Part shown: piece by piece, positions 1 to 13,800 of the stretch
Layout of the letters: every line of letters starts with the position of its first letter
Position numbering within the stretch: the first letter of the stretch is position 1
Origin: Macrostomum lignano
Lineage: Eukaryota
Assembly: GCA_002269645.1 (NCBI GenBank)
Contig: NIVC01000269.1
Location: forward strand, 372,001 to 436,000
Reading direction: 5' to 3'
DNA length: 64,000 bases
Translations under genes and position numbers: made by a program
The notes under the pieces: generated by a model
The model's input: the letters and a program-made list of their open reading frames with translations, nothing else
Databases searched by the model: none
What the model was told of the DNA's origin: nothing

Positions 1-3000
1 GTCCTAAAAGACAGGGGGAACTATTTGATTCGCTGTCCATGTCACATAATCGAGAACTCGATAACGTATCTGAGAGAGTCGCGGATGAAGGCCTTCCTAG
101 TCCTCTTTGAAGCTGGATTGCTGGCTGCATTCTTCTAATAAATACTCTAATAGACGTCTCTTTTAACGCTTTACTTGGCTTTCAGAAGCCATTACAAAAA
201 AGGCTGAAAATCGTATACTTAAAATCTTTAATAACTATTACCATTTTTAATAACAGAAGTTCAAATTGATAATAAATCTTATCGTACAATGATAAATTCA
301 AGACAAATCTTACTAGCTAAAGAAAACAAGAACAAGTCAAATCAAATCTTACAATCTAAGCCCCAATGTCATATGACAAGCATATATGTAACCATAGTTA
401 AGAACAAAAATTTACAGTCTAAGATGGTTTTCCAAATTTTATTTTATTTCAACAAGCAAACGGCAGGCTTTGGAATTTCTTGTCTTAGCTAGAGCCTTAG
501 TTCAAGTTATGGATTCAGGAAGTTCAGTCAACACAGCACGAACGGGTTTTTGTTTTATTTGCTGTAGTAACCATTTTACTAAATATATATATTTATTATA
601 TATATATATATATATAATTAATTATATATTAATTAATAGATACCAGGTATGTAATTACCTAGTTCATAAAATAACAATAGGAAGTAGCTTTTTAAAGAAA
701 CAATAATTCGGCAAAGCCACATTTTTTACCATTTTCGTCAATGTCAAACAATTCCGGAAAGAATAAACACCACATAGCTGGTGTCCAATTGCTAGTGGAA
801 CAACAACTAAGAATGAACGAACATGTAGAGTTTTATTTAGAAACAATATAAAACGATTTACGCTGTCGTAAAAGTCGGCTGAGAGAAAGAAAGTGAGTTG
901 AAAGTAGTAAACCGAGGCGAGGGCCAGGCTATATATTTAAAAGTAATAAACTGGACCTCTTCGTGCGCCACGGGCACTGAATGGCCTAAAATATCGATCG
1001 TGCAAATATTATACGAAGCGCTCTAAAAAGATCGTACACACAGCACGCACAAACCTAAAACGGCCCAATTGGGGGTCAACACACGCAAAAATACAGGGAA
1101 AACAGAAAATATTACGGTTATTGTCAGCTTTATGTGGATAAATTTGACAGATAGATAGCTGATGCACATTTTATATTAATTTATACAATTTCGAAACATT
1201 ATGAGCATCACTAAATCAGAAGTGAAAATTTAAAGACTTTGACTCATAATTTAATGCAGGTGCGAGGCAAAAAATGTGTCCCTGCTTCAGTTGGCTAATT
1301 TATATAAACTGCAAAACTTGAAGCAAAAAGAAAGTTAATTGAACCAGTCTAAAATAGTACTTATATGCATTAGTATAACAAAAATAGTACTTTCCAAATG
1401 CTAGAATTTTCTGTACACATTTATAGCAAAAAGTTCACACAAATGATTGCATCTAGCGGCAAATCAGCGGCATTAATTCATGAGGGAGCCATCATAGCGG
1501 CATGCCGATAGAGACCATCAGTTATATTTCTACGTTTAACTGGAACAAAACAGTTTATTAGAACACAAGAAAGTATCATTTATTACAATAATCTACTCTA
1601 AGTCTCTAAAACTGTGACTTTCTTTATCTTGCTAGCCCAGCGGCATTCGCTAACGGGCCGCCAGTGGCCTACTGTTGCTTTTCCCACCGAGGAAGGCCAA
1701 TCGGTGAGGAAGCGAGCATACTCCTCCAGTGAACTCAGAAGTTGAAACTTCCCGCTGATCCAGACGGGCCTGAATTCCAAATAGTATGTGAATGATCTGG
1801 TGCTGGCTTCCCTCCAGTTTCATTGTCCTCTGGACTAGCTCTCGCAGATGAGACACATGAAAGAATACGAGGCCGTCAGCAGAATTTGGGCGCAATAGAC
1901 TGATCTGCGAGCATCGTCTGTGCCAGCATCAGCAGTTTTTTAAAACGGTTGACGCCTCTGCAGCTGCCTTTGCCTCTTCCGCTTTTGCCGCTGTCGCTCT
2001 TCGCTGCTTCCGCCTGTGCTGCTTCCGCCGCTGCCATTCTCTGCCATTTCTGCCGCTAAAGCCTCCGCAGCTGCGACTGCTGGCGTCTCCGCCACTGCGG
2101 CCGTCTTCGTTGTTGGCGCCTCTTTCGTCGCCACCACTCCTGCAGTTGTTGTGGAGGCTGCGCTTTTGAAGACTACGGTCTTGTCGCTGCCGCCTTGGCC
2201 GCTGGGGTCTCTGCGCTTGCCTTTCTAGCAGCAGCGAGTGCCGGTGGAAGTGGCGGCAATGCAGAAAGCCTTTCGAACTCGCCGAACTCTAATTCATCGT
2301 AGCAGCAAATTCAACATCAGACTCCGAATCGCTTTGAAAGAATTCATCAGTGTTTGAAGCTGATCCAGTCGCCTCATTCTAAATAGGAAGATGTGGAAGA
2401 CTAACTTACTCACTGAAACACGCATTCACTGATTCACCCACTAATTGACTGAACTAACAGCTTACCCTTATTTGATAACGGCTGCTGGCCCTTCTCCAAT
2501 CTTCGCGGGTGAAAACACGCGGCTGCACACTTTCTTAGTACATCTACTAGCCGCTTCTTTTTCCTAATTAATTCCCTTGCGTAGCTGATGCTGCTGGCCT
2601 CCAGACTACTGTCTTCCATGATAATCTATAATAATTGTGATTTCTAAAAAATGAAATTGATGTCCAAGAGCGTCTGAAAATCAAGAAAATATTGCTGAAT
2701 GTTTACCGGAACAATATTAAAACCATCGTAATACTTTCCGTTGTTGAACGCTTCACATTTCCACTTTAATGTGCACTGAGCTATATATTTAACGACTGCC
2801 CTCACAGGCGGTCGCGAGGGCGCACCGCCCACGGTACGCCCCACTTTGTTGTCTCACTGGGTGGCTTAATGGTGACCTCATCGTCCACTGACAGTCGGCT
2901 CGGTGTCTACGCATTTGTCTGCGTAGATGCCAAGCTGACCGCCGTCTTCCGGCGCGTATTCGAATACAGCGTTGACCGGAGAGGGATGATTGCGAGAAAA

Positions 3001-3916
3001 GCCGGGGCCGGCATAAAAAGAGTGTGACAGACAGACGGGCCCGGGGACTCGCAGCCAATCAGAGAGCGAGCCAACTGACTGAGCTAGCGCCGGGGGGGGG
3101 GGGGTACATCGCAAAGGGCCGGGGAAGGGTTAAGAGCACAACAAGACAAAAAGGGAGGACACACTGATCGAGCCTCCTCCAATCAGGCACCAGGAGGCTT
3201 ACGCGAGCACCAGAGGGGTGGGGGTTACAACGATAGGCGGAGCCAACGCAGTGGTGAGGTGTTGTGGTGTCTCAAAAGACTAACACAGAAAAAGCCGTGA
3301 GTAATTAGGCAAGTAAGAATTCGGCTTGAAGGTACGTTCCACTTAGGACGGCGATCCAGCGCTTATATTTCGCATCCAAGCATGAGTTATTGCGCGATCG
3401 ATAAATTTGGCAACAATAAAAAGTATATAGTTTGCGTAGCATTTACATTGACGCCTACTTATAGTAGAGTAGTAAGAAAAATACCTTTTTTAAACTAAGC
3501 TTGTTATTTAGCAAAACGGCCCTTTCAAGAGCTTCCTTGTCACGACACATCAGAGTGTAGAGCAACGCAAGGGTGACCGTGACTCACAGACAAAGGGGGG
3601 AGAAATTTTATTAACACGAAGGTCTTGACTTAGCTGCAGGGCTGTCCCGGGGGAACAACACGAAGGTCACTCGGCATGGCCTGCCGAATAAGTTGCTTAA
3701 AAATCAGTTGTTTACAGATAATATAAATTTCAATGAAGCACAGATGCAAAGAAAATAAACAGATGATAAACAAATAACAAATCAGGGATATTCAATGCGA
3801 GTCTAGCAATCCAAAAAAATTAGGAAACAATGTACAATTCGGCTTTACATGATTCAACGGCTTACATTCATTTACACTACGATCGTACAGCAACTTTCAG
3901 ACATGAGAAAATACCC

Positions 3917-4586
3917 CTACACAGCGAAAGAAAACTTTTCATGCACAAAAAAACTGAAAACGCCACATGAGAGTCCGACACGGCGCAAACCTTGACGATT
4001 GTGACAACAGGGTCCAAATCGAAAATTGTAGTTTGACATCTTGTCAAATGCGTTTTCCAGCTGAGCAATGAGCAACGTCTTGTCACTGTCATCGTCATCG
4101 GTCTCGTAACCAGAAAGATGAGCCACCTGATGATGGTCGGTGTGCGTGCCTGCTTCAGTCTTGACGTCCTCCAGCTCCAGTTCGTACTCTCTATCCGCTG
4201 ACTGATTTTTTATTTAACTCGCGGTTGAGCCAGTCCGCCTTGCTCCGTAGCGCTCGTCACAGACAGGGTATCAGTGCGATTTGAGTTTCGCCTTAGAAAA
4301 TCCTCTGTGCAGTCCTCCGGGAGCCGCTTCAGCCAGACTGTTTCCCGCTTAACTTCCACACGAGCTTGTCGAAGCCAAGTTTGGCGGTGACGCTGTGCCG
4401 GTTGAGTGCCGAGTGCGCAGGTTGGCGCCTCAGTTGTTTCAGTTTCTTCCACTGGAAAGAGTTCAAATTGAAGCCTGCAATGCCCGGCTTCAGCTCTCCT
4501 TCAGCAGTGTAAAAGCGCCGAATTGCGATAAATCGGTTGCCTTCATACTCTCGTACTTGCACTTTGAATCCGTCGCAAAGATCCAT
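3917..4586 (-). pseudogene. PC4/Sub1-type ssDNA-binding domain ORF with frameshifted acidic continuation, nested antisense in a kinesin intron
   Basis: ATG at 4586: MDLCDGFKVQVREYEGNRFIAIRRFYTAEGELKPGIAGFNLNSFQWKKLK follows the PC4 core pattern (V.VR.F.G...I.IR.Y....GE.KPG..G..L...QW..LK). Downstream pieces lie in other frames (ORFs 4210-4452 and 3917-4126, the latter with YETDDDDSDK). Confidence 0.65.
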
Positions 4587-4809
4587 TGTGGAGATTCGGG
4601 CTTCGGGGATGATCCTATTTTTTATTGTCCTCTCTCAGTGAACAATGGTGGAGGGACAAAGGTGTGTAGGCCTGCACCATTGCTTAACCAACCTCAAACC
4701 CATACACGCCTCACCCTCCTCCTCTCGGATTGCCCCACCCACCCCCACTTCCAAACCATAATTAATATTAAGAATCGCCGTCTATCCCCTCCCTAATCTG
4801 CCGCCACAG

Positions 4810-7800
4810 CCACCGGACTCGGCCCGATCCGACCAGACCGACATTGTGTCGAACTGCGTGTCGGCCAAATTCAATTTCGTCGATTTAGCCGGTTCAGAGC
4901 GGGCTCACAAGACTGGCAATGTTGGCGCCAGGCTCAAAGAGTCCATTCACATCAACACGGGCCTGCTAGCCCTTGGCAACGTTATTAGCGCCCTGGCCGA
5001 CCCAGCCAAACGGCGAGGTCACGTGCCGTATCGTGAGGCTAAGATTACTCGATTATTGAAAGACGCGCTAGGCGGCTCGTCTCGCACTCTGATGGTTTGC
5101 TGCGTCAGTCCCGCTCTGTCTAGCTACGATGAGAGTCTGAATTCTTTGAAGTACGCTAATAGGGCCAAGCATATTCGGAATAAGCCGGTGAGTGCCAGTT
5201 TTGATTGCGGGATTTGGGATTGAGGATTTCAATTCTGGGATTTGGGATGGAGGATTTTAGTTGTGGGATTTGGGATAGGGGATTTCAATTGTGGAATTTG
5301 GGATAAGAAATTTCAATTATGGGATTTGGGATAGTTTACTTTAATTGTGGGATTTGGATAGGGGATTTCAATTGTGTGATTTTGGGATAGGGGATTTCAA
5401 TTGTGGGATTGCGAATTTCAATTATGGGATTTGGAATATGGGATTTCAATTATGGGATTTCGAATAGTTGATTTTAATTGTGGGATTTGGAATAGGGGAT
5501 TTCAATTATGGGATTTGGGATAAGGGATTTCAATTGTGGGATATTGGATATTGATTAAGTATTGGGTATTTTCATATCAATTAACGAAGAGATTAAGGGG
5601 ATTCCAGCTACCTTCGCCGTACCAAAACCGTGCTCAGATAGTGCACCGGGACAAGCTATCCGCCCATCTGCACGAGATGCAATCGGAGATTTTGGCTCTC
5701 CGAGAACAGCTTGGCCGCGCGGGCACATCCGCAGGCGGCCCGGACTCGGCCTGGGCCAGCGCCGGTGGAGACGAGGCTCGACTGAGATTCGAACTCGATC
5801 ATCTGCGCTGTCTGGCCGACCGAGCTCGGGCCCTGCTCAGCGGCGATCCTCGGGCAGCTGATTGGATGGAGATGTACGACGAGTTGGGCAATAAAGTGCC
5901 GTCGCTTCCGGACGATTCAACGCGGTTGCAGATGGGAGAGCAGAAGCAGGTTGACACTGAGCAGCACAAGAAACTGCAGCAGGACTTGGAGAAGGCGAGG
6001 TTTGTGTACTAATGTTTTTTTTGAAACATTAGATTCGCTGTTTAATCACATTCTTTGACTTTTCTCTGATACATCATTGTTAAAATCGCTCACAAATCAT
6101 TCTTTAAATCGCTCATAAACTATTCTTAGAATCGCTCATAATCCATTCTTAGAATCGGTCATAATCCGTTCTTAGAATCGATCATAATCCACTCTTAGAA
6201 TCGGTCATAATCCATTCATAAAATCGGTCATTATCCGTTCTTAGAATCGATCGTAATCCACTCTTAGAATCGGTCATAATCCATTCATAAAATCGGTCAT
6301 AAGTCATTCTTAGAATCGGTCATAAGCCATTCATAAAATCGGTTATAAGCCATTCTTAGAATCGGTCATAAGCCATTCTTAGAATCGGTTATAAGCCATT
6401 CTTAGCGTCGCTCATAAATCATCCTAGAATCGCTCATAAACCTTTCTTATAATCGCTCATAAATCATCCTTAAAATCGGTCATAAATTATTCTTTGTATC
6501 CATCATAAACGATTTTCGGAATCCCTCAAACCATTCTTGTAATGGCTCAGAAAATATTCTTATAACCGCTTATAGTGATGTGTTCCTTACTACCAAGACT
6601 TTCTTAGTAATCAAGGAACAATCACTTCTAGCTACTGCTAGGCAACCCAGTAATCAAATGAAGGTATTTATTACCTTGAGTCCTGATTATTCGTGCTCTT
6701 CCTGTGAGTTGATCTCGTAATAGGATTCGATTAGATCAGTTGATCTGGCGCCTTACTTCTTGTCTCTGGTCCAAGTCTCTTTTGTGCTCCTTGACTTCTT
6801 CCCGGCCGGTGTGGTATCTGTAGTTCGGACCAATAGGAAGCTTCGAATTAACAATGGGATCCCTGCGCCGTAATGCGGTTTCAATTAAGCCTTCTCCTTC
6901 TAGCAGTGTCTTAATACATGCTAGGTATAGCTCCGGTAATCGCTGATAGACTTCTAATATCTATCAGGGTAGTCCTTTTGGAGACTACAACAATGGAGTC
7001 TCAATAGACTCAACCATTTGAGTAAGGCTTACCGCAAAAACTCGGCCGAGTCTCGGTTGATTTGGTCTGAAGGAAGTCCTTCTATGGCTTCCTCTTCGGA
7101 GTTCTTCTCTCTGTGGAGATTCTGTTGAGGCTCCTGTCCGCTCCGGACCACTTGTATTTATAGAGAAACGGACCCCTCGTGAGGGCTTCGATCACATTTC
7201 CGTAAATGTCAAAGGATCACGCCTTGGTTGCTGTCAAGCATGACAGGGTAGAAAGTTGAGCAACTAGTCTACTGCAAACGCGCATGATTGGTTACTGTAG
7301 CTGAGTTATTTTTGATTGGTTCATCCAGTGCAGGGGGCCGAATGACGAATCGCTGTTGGGGTTTGAACTGACAATTGTAGGCCACACGTGAGTGGTGGAT
7401 TGCAAAAATAGCTTTTATGACTAGTGCCTTTTTCCTATTGGACAAAATTACGCATGTGATTCAGTACTTTATTTTTATTGCTGATACCTAGTATGCTACT
7501 GAATAAAATATATAAGTAGTATGTTAACAATTTTATGACTTTTGCGGGAGGCAGAATACTCTACAATAAATCATTCTTAGAAACACTCATACACCATTCG
7601 TTGAGTCGGTCATAAATTATTCTTTGTATCCCTCATAAATGATTCTTGGAGTCGGTCATCATAAAAATCGCTCTATATCCTTTAGCATTGCATCCATCAG
7701 CCATCTGTAGAAAAGCGATTTTCGATACATATCGTCCGTACACTAATTATCCCATCTAACTCGGGCAGGCAAGACCTAGCCAACGACGAGGAGATCTTTG

Positions 7801-10800
7801 CTGAGAAAAGCCGCGAAGCCTGGGCCCTCGGCGACCGTTGCCGAGCTCTCGAAGCCGAGCTCGCCGCAGCCAACTCGAAAGCCGCCTATCTGGAGTCTAA
7901 ACTCATCGAGAAGCAGCAGCAACAACTGGAAGACTTAAATGAAGCCAACGGAGGTGCTGATGTCGGTGGAGATGCTTCCGCTAGCGGCGCGGGTCCTGCC
8001 AGGGCGCAGTCTGTGCCGGCCAGACATCGCACTGAGCAGAGTCTCCTGCAACAGTCGCTGCTTATGCTGCCAGGTTTGGAGATTTTCTGCTTTTCTCTGT
8101 TCCCTTTTGTCTTCCCCTCTGATCCCCTGTCTTCCCCTCTGGTCCCCTGTCTTCCCCTTTGATCCCATGTCTTCCCCTCTGATTCCCTGTCTTCCCCTTT
8201 GATCCCCTGTCTTCCCCTCTGATTCCCTGTCTTCCCCTCTGATCTTCTGTAATCCCCTCTGATTCCCTGTCTTTCCCTCTGATCCCCTGTCTTCCCCTCT
8301 GATTCCCTGTCTTCTCCTCTGATCCCTTGTCTTCTCCTCTGATCTTCTGTAATCCCCTCTGATTCCCTGTCTTTCCCTCTGATCCCCTGTCTTCCCCTCT
8401 GATTCCCTGTCTTCTCCTCTGATCCCTTGTCTTCTCCTCTGATCTTCTGTAATCCCCTCTGATTCCCTGTCTTTCCCTCTGATCCCTTGTCTTCCCCTCT
8501 GATTCCCTGTCTTCTCCTCTGATCCCTTGTCTTCCCCTCTGATCTTCTGTAATCCCCTCTGATTCCCTGTCTTTCCCTCTGATCCCTTGTCTTCCCCTCT
8601 GATTCCCTGTCTTCTCCTCTGATCCCTTGTCTTCCCCTCTGATCTTCTGTAATCCCCTCTGATTCCCTGTCTTCTCCTCTGATCCCTTGTCTTCCCCTCT
8701 GATCTTCTGTAATCCCCTCTGATCCCCTGTCTTACCCTTTCTGTGATCCCCTGTCTTCCCCTCTGATTCCCTGTCTTCTCCTCTGATCCCTTGTCTTCCC
8801 CTCTGATCTTCTGTAATCCCCTCTGATTCCCTGTCTTTCCCTCTGATCCCCTGTCTTCCCCTCTGATTCCCTGTCTTCTCCTCTGATCCCTTGTCTTCCC
8901 CTCTGATCTTCTGTAATCCCCTCTGATTCCCTGTCTTCTCCTCTGATCCTTTGTCTTCCCCTCTGATCTTCTGTAATCCCCTCTGATTCCCTGTCTTCTC
9001 CTCTGATCCCTTGTCTTCCCCTCTGATCTTCTGTAATCCCCTCTGATCCCCTGTCTTCCCCTTTCTGTGTTCCCCTGTCTTCCCCTCTGATTCCCTGTCT
9101 TCTTTTCTGATCCCTTGTCTTCCCCTCTGATCCCCTGTCTTCCCCTCTGATCTTCTGTAATCCCCTCTGATTCCCTGTCTTCCCCTTTGATCCCCTGTCT
9201 TCCCCTCTGATTCCCTGTCTTCCCCTCTGATCTTCTGTAATCCCCTCTGATTCCCTGTCTTTCCCTCTGATCCCCTGTCTTCCCCTCTGATTCCCTGTCT
9301 TCTCCTCTGATCCCTTGTCTTCCCCTCTGATCTTCTGTAATCCCCTCTGATTCCCTGTCTTTCCCTCTGATCCCCTGTCTTCCCCTCTGATTCCCTGTCT
9401 TCTCCTCTGATCCCTTGTCTTCTCCTCTGATCTTCTGTAATCCCCTCTGATTCCCTGTCTTTCCCTCTGATCCCCTGTCTTCCCCTCTGATTCCCTGTCT
9501 TCTCCTCTGATCCCTTGTCTTCCCCTCTGATCTTCTGTAATCCCCTCTGATTCCCTGTCTTTCCCTCTGATCCCTTGTCTTCCCCTCTGATTCCCTGTCT
9601 TCTCCTCTGATCCCTTGTCTTCCCCTCTGATCTTCTGTAATCCCCTCTGATTCCCTGTCTTCTCCTCTGATCCCTTGTCTTCCCCTCTGATCTTCTGTAA
9701 TCCCCTCTGATCCCCTGTCTTCCCCTTTCTGTGATCCCCTGTCTTCCCCTCTGATTCCCTGTCTTCTCCTCTGATCTTCTGTAATCCCCTCTGATTCCCT
9801 GTCTTTCCCTCTGATCCCCTGTCTTCCCCTCTGATTCCCTGTCTTCTCCTCTGATCCCTTGTCTTCCCCTCTGATCTTCTGTAATCCCCTCTGATTCCCT
9901 GTCTTTCCCTCTGATCCCCTGTCTTCCCCTCTGATTCCCTGTCTTCTCCTCTGATCCCTTGTCTTCTCCTCTGATCTTCTGTAATCCCCTCTGATTCCCT
10001 GTCTTTCCCTCTGATCCCCTGTCTTCCCCTCTGATTCCCTGTCTTCTCCTCTGATCCCTTGTCTTCCCCTCTGATCTTCTGTAATCCCCTCTGATTCCCT
10101 GTCTTTCCCTCTGATCCCCTGTCTTCCCCTCTGATTCCCTGTCTTCTCCTCTGATCCCTTGTCTTCCCCTCTGATCTTCTGTAATCCCCTCTGATTCCCT
10201 GTCTTCTCCTCTGATCCTTTGTCTTCCCCTCTGATCTTCTGTAATCCCCTCTGATTCCCTGTCTTCTCCTCTGATCCCTTGTCTTCCCCTCTGATCTTCT
10301 GTAATCCCCTCTGATCCCCTGTCTTCCCCTTTCTGTGTTCCCCTGTCTTCCCCTCTGATTCCCTGTCTTCTTTTCTGATCCCTTGTCTTTCCCTCTGATC
10401 CCCTGTCTTCCCCTTTCTGTGATCCCCTGTCACCACTTTCACTCTGATCCCCTCTGCTTTCTCTTTTCTCCCTGCCTCCCCTCCGATCCCCTTTCTTCCC
10501 CTCTTTTTTTGATCCCGTCTTCCCCACTCCCATATGAATTGAATCTTGCACCCCAAAATTCGAACCCCTATCTACCCTGCGTCTATGGCAGCCGATCGAG
10601 CGGTTCGCACCTCGCCGGGCCTGTTCGATCTCGACCGAGTGCTGCGCAGTTGCCGGGCCCGAAGCGAGCTGCTGTTCGCTCAGCTGGACGACAGCGACTC
10701 GGCGCTCTGCCACCGGTTCGAGGATGTGGAGAACGCCAAGCCGGATAATGGCGAGCAGAAGCAGCAGCAACAGCAGCAGCAGCAGCAATCTTCGCCATTC

Positions 10801-13800
10801 GTTCGCAAAGGTACATTTCGCTTACACCAGCAGAAGAATGGCGACAAAGCGTCTTCTGCTTCTTCGGCTTCAGTTGCTGCGGCCGGCTCGGCCAACTCTG
10901 GCGCTAATGACGAAGCGAAGCGTCAATTGAAGGCCAGCCAAATGAAATTAGCGGAAGCTAATCAGAAAGTTCGCGATCTGCAGCTCAACATCAATATGAA
11001 AGAGCAGCTGATTAGAGATTTGGTCAAGTCTAGCAAGCAGACTGCTCAGGTTAATCATAAGTGAGTAGTTTAATTTAATTGCTCGGACTGAATTAGGAAC
11101 TAGGGTAATACCTTAATGTAACACCCAGTTAAAATGATAGAAATCCTTGTAACACCTCACTGAAACTACTCTAACAACTCAAATTAAATTCCTTTTGCAC
11201 CTACCTAAAACAGTGTAACACTCATCTAAATCTCTGTAACACCCCACCCAAACTACTGTAACACCCAACCCAAACTACTGTAACACCCCACCCAAACTAC
11301 TGTAACACCCAACTCAAACTACTGTAACACCCAACCCAAACTACTGTAACACCCCACCCAAACTACTGTAACACCCAACCCAAACCACTGTAACACCCCA
11401 CCCAAACTACTGTAACACCCCACCCAAACTACTGTAACACCCAACCCAAACCACTGTAACACCCATCCCATCCTCTAACACCCACTCAAACCTGTGTAAC
11501 ACCCCTATGATCTTCAGTAAAACCCCAACAAAACCACTGTAACACCCAACCTAAACTACTGTAACACCCCATCTAAAACCACTGCAACACCCCAATAAAG
11601 CTACTCTAACAATCCGACTCAAGCCCCTGTAACACCCATTTCCCCCCAGATACGAAGAGCAGGCCCGCCAGCTGGCCCTGGAGCAGCAGGCCTGCGAGCG
11701 CGAACAACGCGAAGCCCAAGCTCGCCTAGACGAACTGGCCAGCGCTCGCCGGTCCAACGCTTCGGTTGGCAGTTTATCCCGGCTCAAAGCTGAGCACGAA
11801 GCTAAGCTAGCCGAATGCGCCGAACGAATGCGTGACATTCGAGCCAGACTGGAAGAGGCCCAACGATTGGCCGGTATCACCGGGAGCGGTCGGGAACGCC
11901 GCGTTGCTGAGCTGGAATCCGCTCTGGATCGAATGCGAGCGGAGCTGAGCGAAGCTCGCGGCCAACTGGCTGCCGAGGCCGACGCTAAGAAACGATTAGA
12001 GGCCGAGTCGCAACGGAGAGGAACTGGCGGCGCTGCTTCGGCCGGTTCAGCGTCTAAACGGACCAGCGAAGAGCCGGTTGACGAACGGACCGCTTGGCTG
12101 GATGCCGAGGTGAGGCTGATTTATTAGGATTTAATTAGGAAGCTATTAGAGGGACATTAGGGTTCAATTAGGAAGCTATTAGAGGGATATTAGGGTTCAA
12201 TTAGGGAGCTATTAAAGGGACATTAGGGTTCAATTAGGGAGCTATTAGAGGGACATTAGGGTTCAATTAGGGAGCTATTAGAGGGATATTAGGGTTCAAT
12301 TAGGAAGCTATTAGAGGGACATTAGGGTTCAATTAGGAAGCTATTAGAGGGACATTAGGGTTCAATTAGGAAGCTATTAGAGGGATATTAGGATTCTATA
12401 TTAAGGAGCTAGTAGAGGGATATTAGGATTCTATATTAAGGAGCTAGTAGAGGGATATTAGGATTTTATATTAAGGAGCTAGTAAAGGGATATTAGGGTT
12501 CTATACTAGGGAGCTATTAGAGGAATATTAGGATTCTCCTAAGGAGCTATTAGAGGAATATTAGAATTCTATTAGGAAGCTATTAGAGGGATATTAGGAT
12601 TCTATATTAGGGAGCTATTATACGGAATATTAAGATTCTCCAAAGGAGCTATATTAGATGGATTTTAGGATTCTATATTAGGGAGCTATTATACGGAATA
12701 TTAAGATTCTCCTAGGAAGCTATTAGCGGAATGTTATGATTCTATTAGGAAGCTATTAGAGGGATATTTAGGATTCTATCAGGAATTTATTAGAGGGACT
12801 TTAGAATTCAGTTAAAGAGCCTTGAGACGAATATAGGAATTCTATATTTAGTATATTGTGATTAGGGGGTTATTAGAGGGACATTCGGATTCTATTAGGG
12901 AGCTATGAGCGGGATATTAAGATTATATTAGAAGGCTATTAGAGGGACATTAGAATTCAATTTAAAGCTGAGTTCAATTGAAACCGTTTTCAATTAGGGA
13001 GTTCTTAGAATTCCATCAGAATGCTATTCGGATTCCATTAGAATGATATTAGAGAGTGCTATTAGGATTGTATTTAAGTGCCGAATAGATTTTCATTGGG
13101 TTTCGAATAGATTGAGCTGCTCTGAATAAACTTTAGGTCTGCTTGGAACTTTTAAATGATTCAATAAGCCACACGATCTAATTTTAGAGCAGCTAAACAG
13201 TATCGACTGCTAATTTGGACTCTTTCACATCGAGCAGAGAGTCTGATTGTTTTTTCTCTGACTCGAGTTGGCCGAGTCCTACATTTTTAAGAGCTTCTTT
13301 GTTCGATAAAATATCCAAATTAAACTACTGATAGTAGGATTTTTAAAGCTTTATTAATTAGCATTATTGGAATAAATGATTGTAAAATTTGATCTTGGCT
13401 ATTATCAATAGAAATGAAAGCTTTTTTACATTTTATTCTTCAATTTAACTGTAGATTTCTCAAAATATATTGAAAACAACTACTTTTAGAGCTAGCTGCT
13501 CTGTTATTAGTTAGTCTATACTTCGTGTATAAACACAAGATTATAAGTTAAGACTACAAACATAGAGCAGCTAAACAGTATATCTGGAGGGACTCTTTCA
13601 CATCGAGCAGAGAAATTGGCGCATTTTCTGTCTCGAGTTGGCCGAGTTTGACATTGTTTATTTGTTACGTAATCTTTAGCCTTTTAAATAGAAAATATTT
13701 ATCAAATGTGCTAATTTAGCTACTGTAAGTAAAAATAAAAGCTTTTGTATTTAAAGCTTTTGCTACTAATACTAAAAATATGAACATTTTATTTTACTTC

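Noticed and set aside
824-1083. Second solo LTR (TG...CA, minus-strand TATA and AATAAA)
   Set aside because: No TSD (GAACA vs CGCAA) and the AATAAA is implausibly close to the end, so it cannot be supported.
7935-10788. 873-aa and 908-aa minus-strand ORFs
   Set aside because: They are antisense readings of a stop-poor 20-bp intronic minisatellite and overlap real + strand kinesin exons.
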